In this document: in pieces, positions 61,987-64,000 of the stretch
Numbering within the stretch: the first letter of the stretch is position 1
How the letters are laid out: each line of letters opens with the position of its first letter
Assembly: GCF_036321535.1 (NCBI RefSeq)
Contig: NC_087450.1
Span: 63,302,001 to 63,366,000 of the forward strand
DNA length: 64,000 nucleotides
Direction of reading: 5' to 3'
DNA from: Camelus dromedarius
Taxonomy: Eukaryota
The notes under the pieces: generated by a model
The model's database searches: none
Seen by the model: only the letters and a program-made list of their open reading frames with translations
Told to the model about the DNA's origin: nothing
Translations under genes and position numbers: made by a program

Positions 61987-64000
61987 GGGGAGACGGAGAA
62001 GATGGCGGAGTAGAAGGACGCTCACAGGTCACCCTCTCCCACAAATACACAAAGACCCACATCTACAGACCCACTCAGCCAACCAGAGCACCTGTGGAAC
62101 TCCGACAGAACATCGCCCTCTTCAAAAGATAAAGACGCCAAAAATCTGGTAGGAGAAAAGGAAAAAAGAAAGAACAAAAGGCAAAGCAGCACGGGACGGG
62201 TCCCGCGGGGAGGGAGCGGCAAAGGAGGACTGGCGCTCGCTCGCTGGGTCTCCCCTCTCCAACTGAGAGGCCAGCGGGACGGAGGGGGAGCCTCCGAGGC
62301 TCGGATCTGTACAGAGCAGCCCTTGACTAACAGAACTAAGTTAAACGGGCACAGAGCGTCCCCCCGACACCCAGCCTGAGACGCGGGCCGGCAGCGGCAG
62401 GCAGGGCCAGGCTGCACAAGCCAGGCGGAGGACGGAAGTGGCTGCATGGAGGCAGCCCCGGGGGAACGCAAGGGGCTGCGCGCCGTGGCTGTGGGTGCAC
62501 AGGGCAGAACAACCTGGGCCCTCCATAAAACAGCAAGGTTGATGTGCTCCCGGGGGAAGGGTGCACACCCCCATCTCTGAAAACCCGCGGAAAGTTTTCG
62601 GGGGAAGAGAGGCGGGGCTCAGGCACAGCCGCCATATCCTCCGCGCTGAGCACTCAGGCGGGGGCGGGGGCGAAACCTGCATCCGCACCAAAGGGCTTAG
62701 CAGCCTCAAAGGCCAGACTGAGACTGGCCTGCAGCCCGGGGCAGATAGGATCCTTCCATCCTGGTCCCTCAGAGAACTTGTTCCACAAAGACAAACAAGG
62801 AGCTGGGTTTTGGCTCGGAGCAGGGACAGGGCTGTCCCTCGGTCTTCCCCGAGCCCACCCGCGGAGCGCCGACCAGGGCGGAGCGCGCAGCCACACAGAG
62901 CAGCGGAGCTACCGGCGGCAGCGCAGGTAGAGCGAGAGCGGCCCCCCGCCTTTCGGGCAGGAACACAGCCCCTGACTGAAGTGCTGGGAGGGGGCACGAC
63001 CCGCCCTCCGACCCGGCCAGTCTGCAACATCTGACTGCGGCATCCGGAGGGGCAGCGACCCGCCCGCCCACAGCAGAGAGCTGCACCTGACCCAGTGTTG
63101 GGAGGAGGTGCGATCCGCTTGCCGACAGGTGCTGGGAGCAGCACAGAAGAGGGCGCCAACGGAGGGCCTCTGAAAACAGCAAGCTGAACTTCCAAAACAG
63201 GACGAAGACAGAAAGACTTCACATTAAAAGCACACAGACTCCAGGAGAACACCGACAACCCCCCCCCCTTTTTTTTTAATCTGTTTTTATCTGTTCTATT
63301 TTCTATTACTCTCTTAATCTTTACTTCTTAATTCATTTCTATTTCTCTTGGGTTTTGATGTCCTGCTATTGATTAGACACAGGTTTCAAATACATCTATT
63401 CATCTCCTCCCCTTTTTTTGTAAAGGTTTCAAAAGGACGTCTCAACCCGATTAATACTCTGCTTCAACTCACTCTTCTATTATTCATTATACACTGTTTT
63501 CAAACCCTCTTTCTCCCTTCTTTTAAAATTCTCTCTCTTTTTTTTTCTTTTTTTCCTAAGTTCTATTCCTAAATAGGCATCAGATAGATAAAATCCTTAA
63601 GGACCAAAATAAACAACTGATACTCCATAAACCACAGTGCCAGAGAGGTATGAGCAAGATGAAGAAGCAGAAAAACCTTTCCCAATTAAAAGAACAAGAG
63701 AAATCCCCTGAAAGAAAGATCAATGAAATAGACATCGATAGCCTACTAGATCAAGATTTCAAAAAAGGAGTGATCGAATTGCTGAAGGAATGAAAAGAGA
63801 TAGTGTTTAGAGATATAAAATATGTCAAAAATGAAATTGAAGCTATAAAGAAGAGCCAAGTAGAATGGGTAAACTCATTGACAGAGATGAGGAATGATCT
63901 AATAGCTGTGCAAAGCCGACTAGATAATGCAGACGAACGAATTAGTGATCTAGAATACAGGGCAATAGAAAGCACCCGTTCAGAAGAACTACAAGAGAAG
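61987..64000 (+). mobile_element. 5' end of a young, apparently full-length L1 (CpG-rich 5' UTR, pyrimidine-rich spacer, ORF1 start)
   Basis: Begins GGGGAGACGGAGAAGATGGCGG (YY1-type AAGATGGCGG) right after TT/AAAAATGGTTATAAT; CpG-rich to about 63200; ORF1-like coding sequence from 63650 to the window edge. Confidence 0.92.
63650..64000 (+). pseudogene. L1 ORF1p N-terminus/coiled coil with premature stop
   Basis: MSKMKKQKNLSQLKEQEKSPE..DQDFKKGVIELLKE*KEIVFRDIKYVKNEIEAIKKSQ..SRLDNADERISDLEYR; TGA at 63791-63793 and the same frame continues. Confidence 0.85.

Noticed and set aside
62341-63258. 305-aa minus-strand ORF in the L1 5' UTR
   Set aside because: Starts at TTG in GC-rich sequence; only the ATG-initiated 99-codon ORF in another frame was kept as a candidate.

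Overview
Mammalian genomic DNA, most likely a camelid (alpaca/camel), judged from a Vic-1-type tRNA-derived SINE and camelid-type L1 ends. It is GC- and CpG-rich. The only recognisable host gene is the 5' end of SNTG2 (gamma-2-syntrophin) on the minus strand: coding exon 1 at 38057-38127 in a promoter CpG island, a 35.5-kb intron 1, and exon 2 at 2453-2590. Exon 3 was not found and presumably lies left of the window. The rest is intronic/intergenic, with many L1 fragments of different ages (three with paired target-site duplications), MLT1/MLT2 LTR relics, three non-promoter CpG islands, minisatellite/RY repeats, a degenerate interstitial telomere-like array (59.6-59.8 kb), and the 5' UTR plus ORF1 start of a young L1 at the right edge. 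The most notable observation is that SNTG2 exon 1 has 71 coding nt while exon 2 starts in phase 0, so canonical splicing is out of frame. A second CAG|G acceptor 11 nt inside exon 2 would restore the frame, and so would an upstream CUG in good context. A 1-nt assembly error is an equally live explanation. The N runs keep the L1 reading frame, so they look like masking rather than gaps. No tools were used; orthologue and repeat-family comparisons are from memory and need checking.
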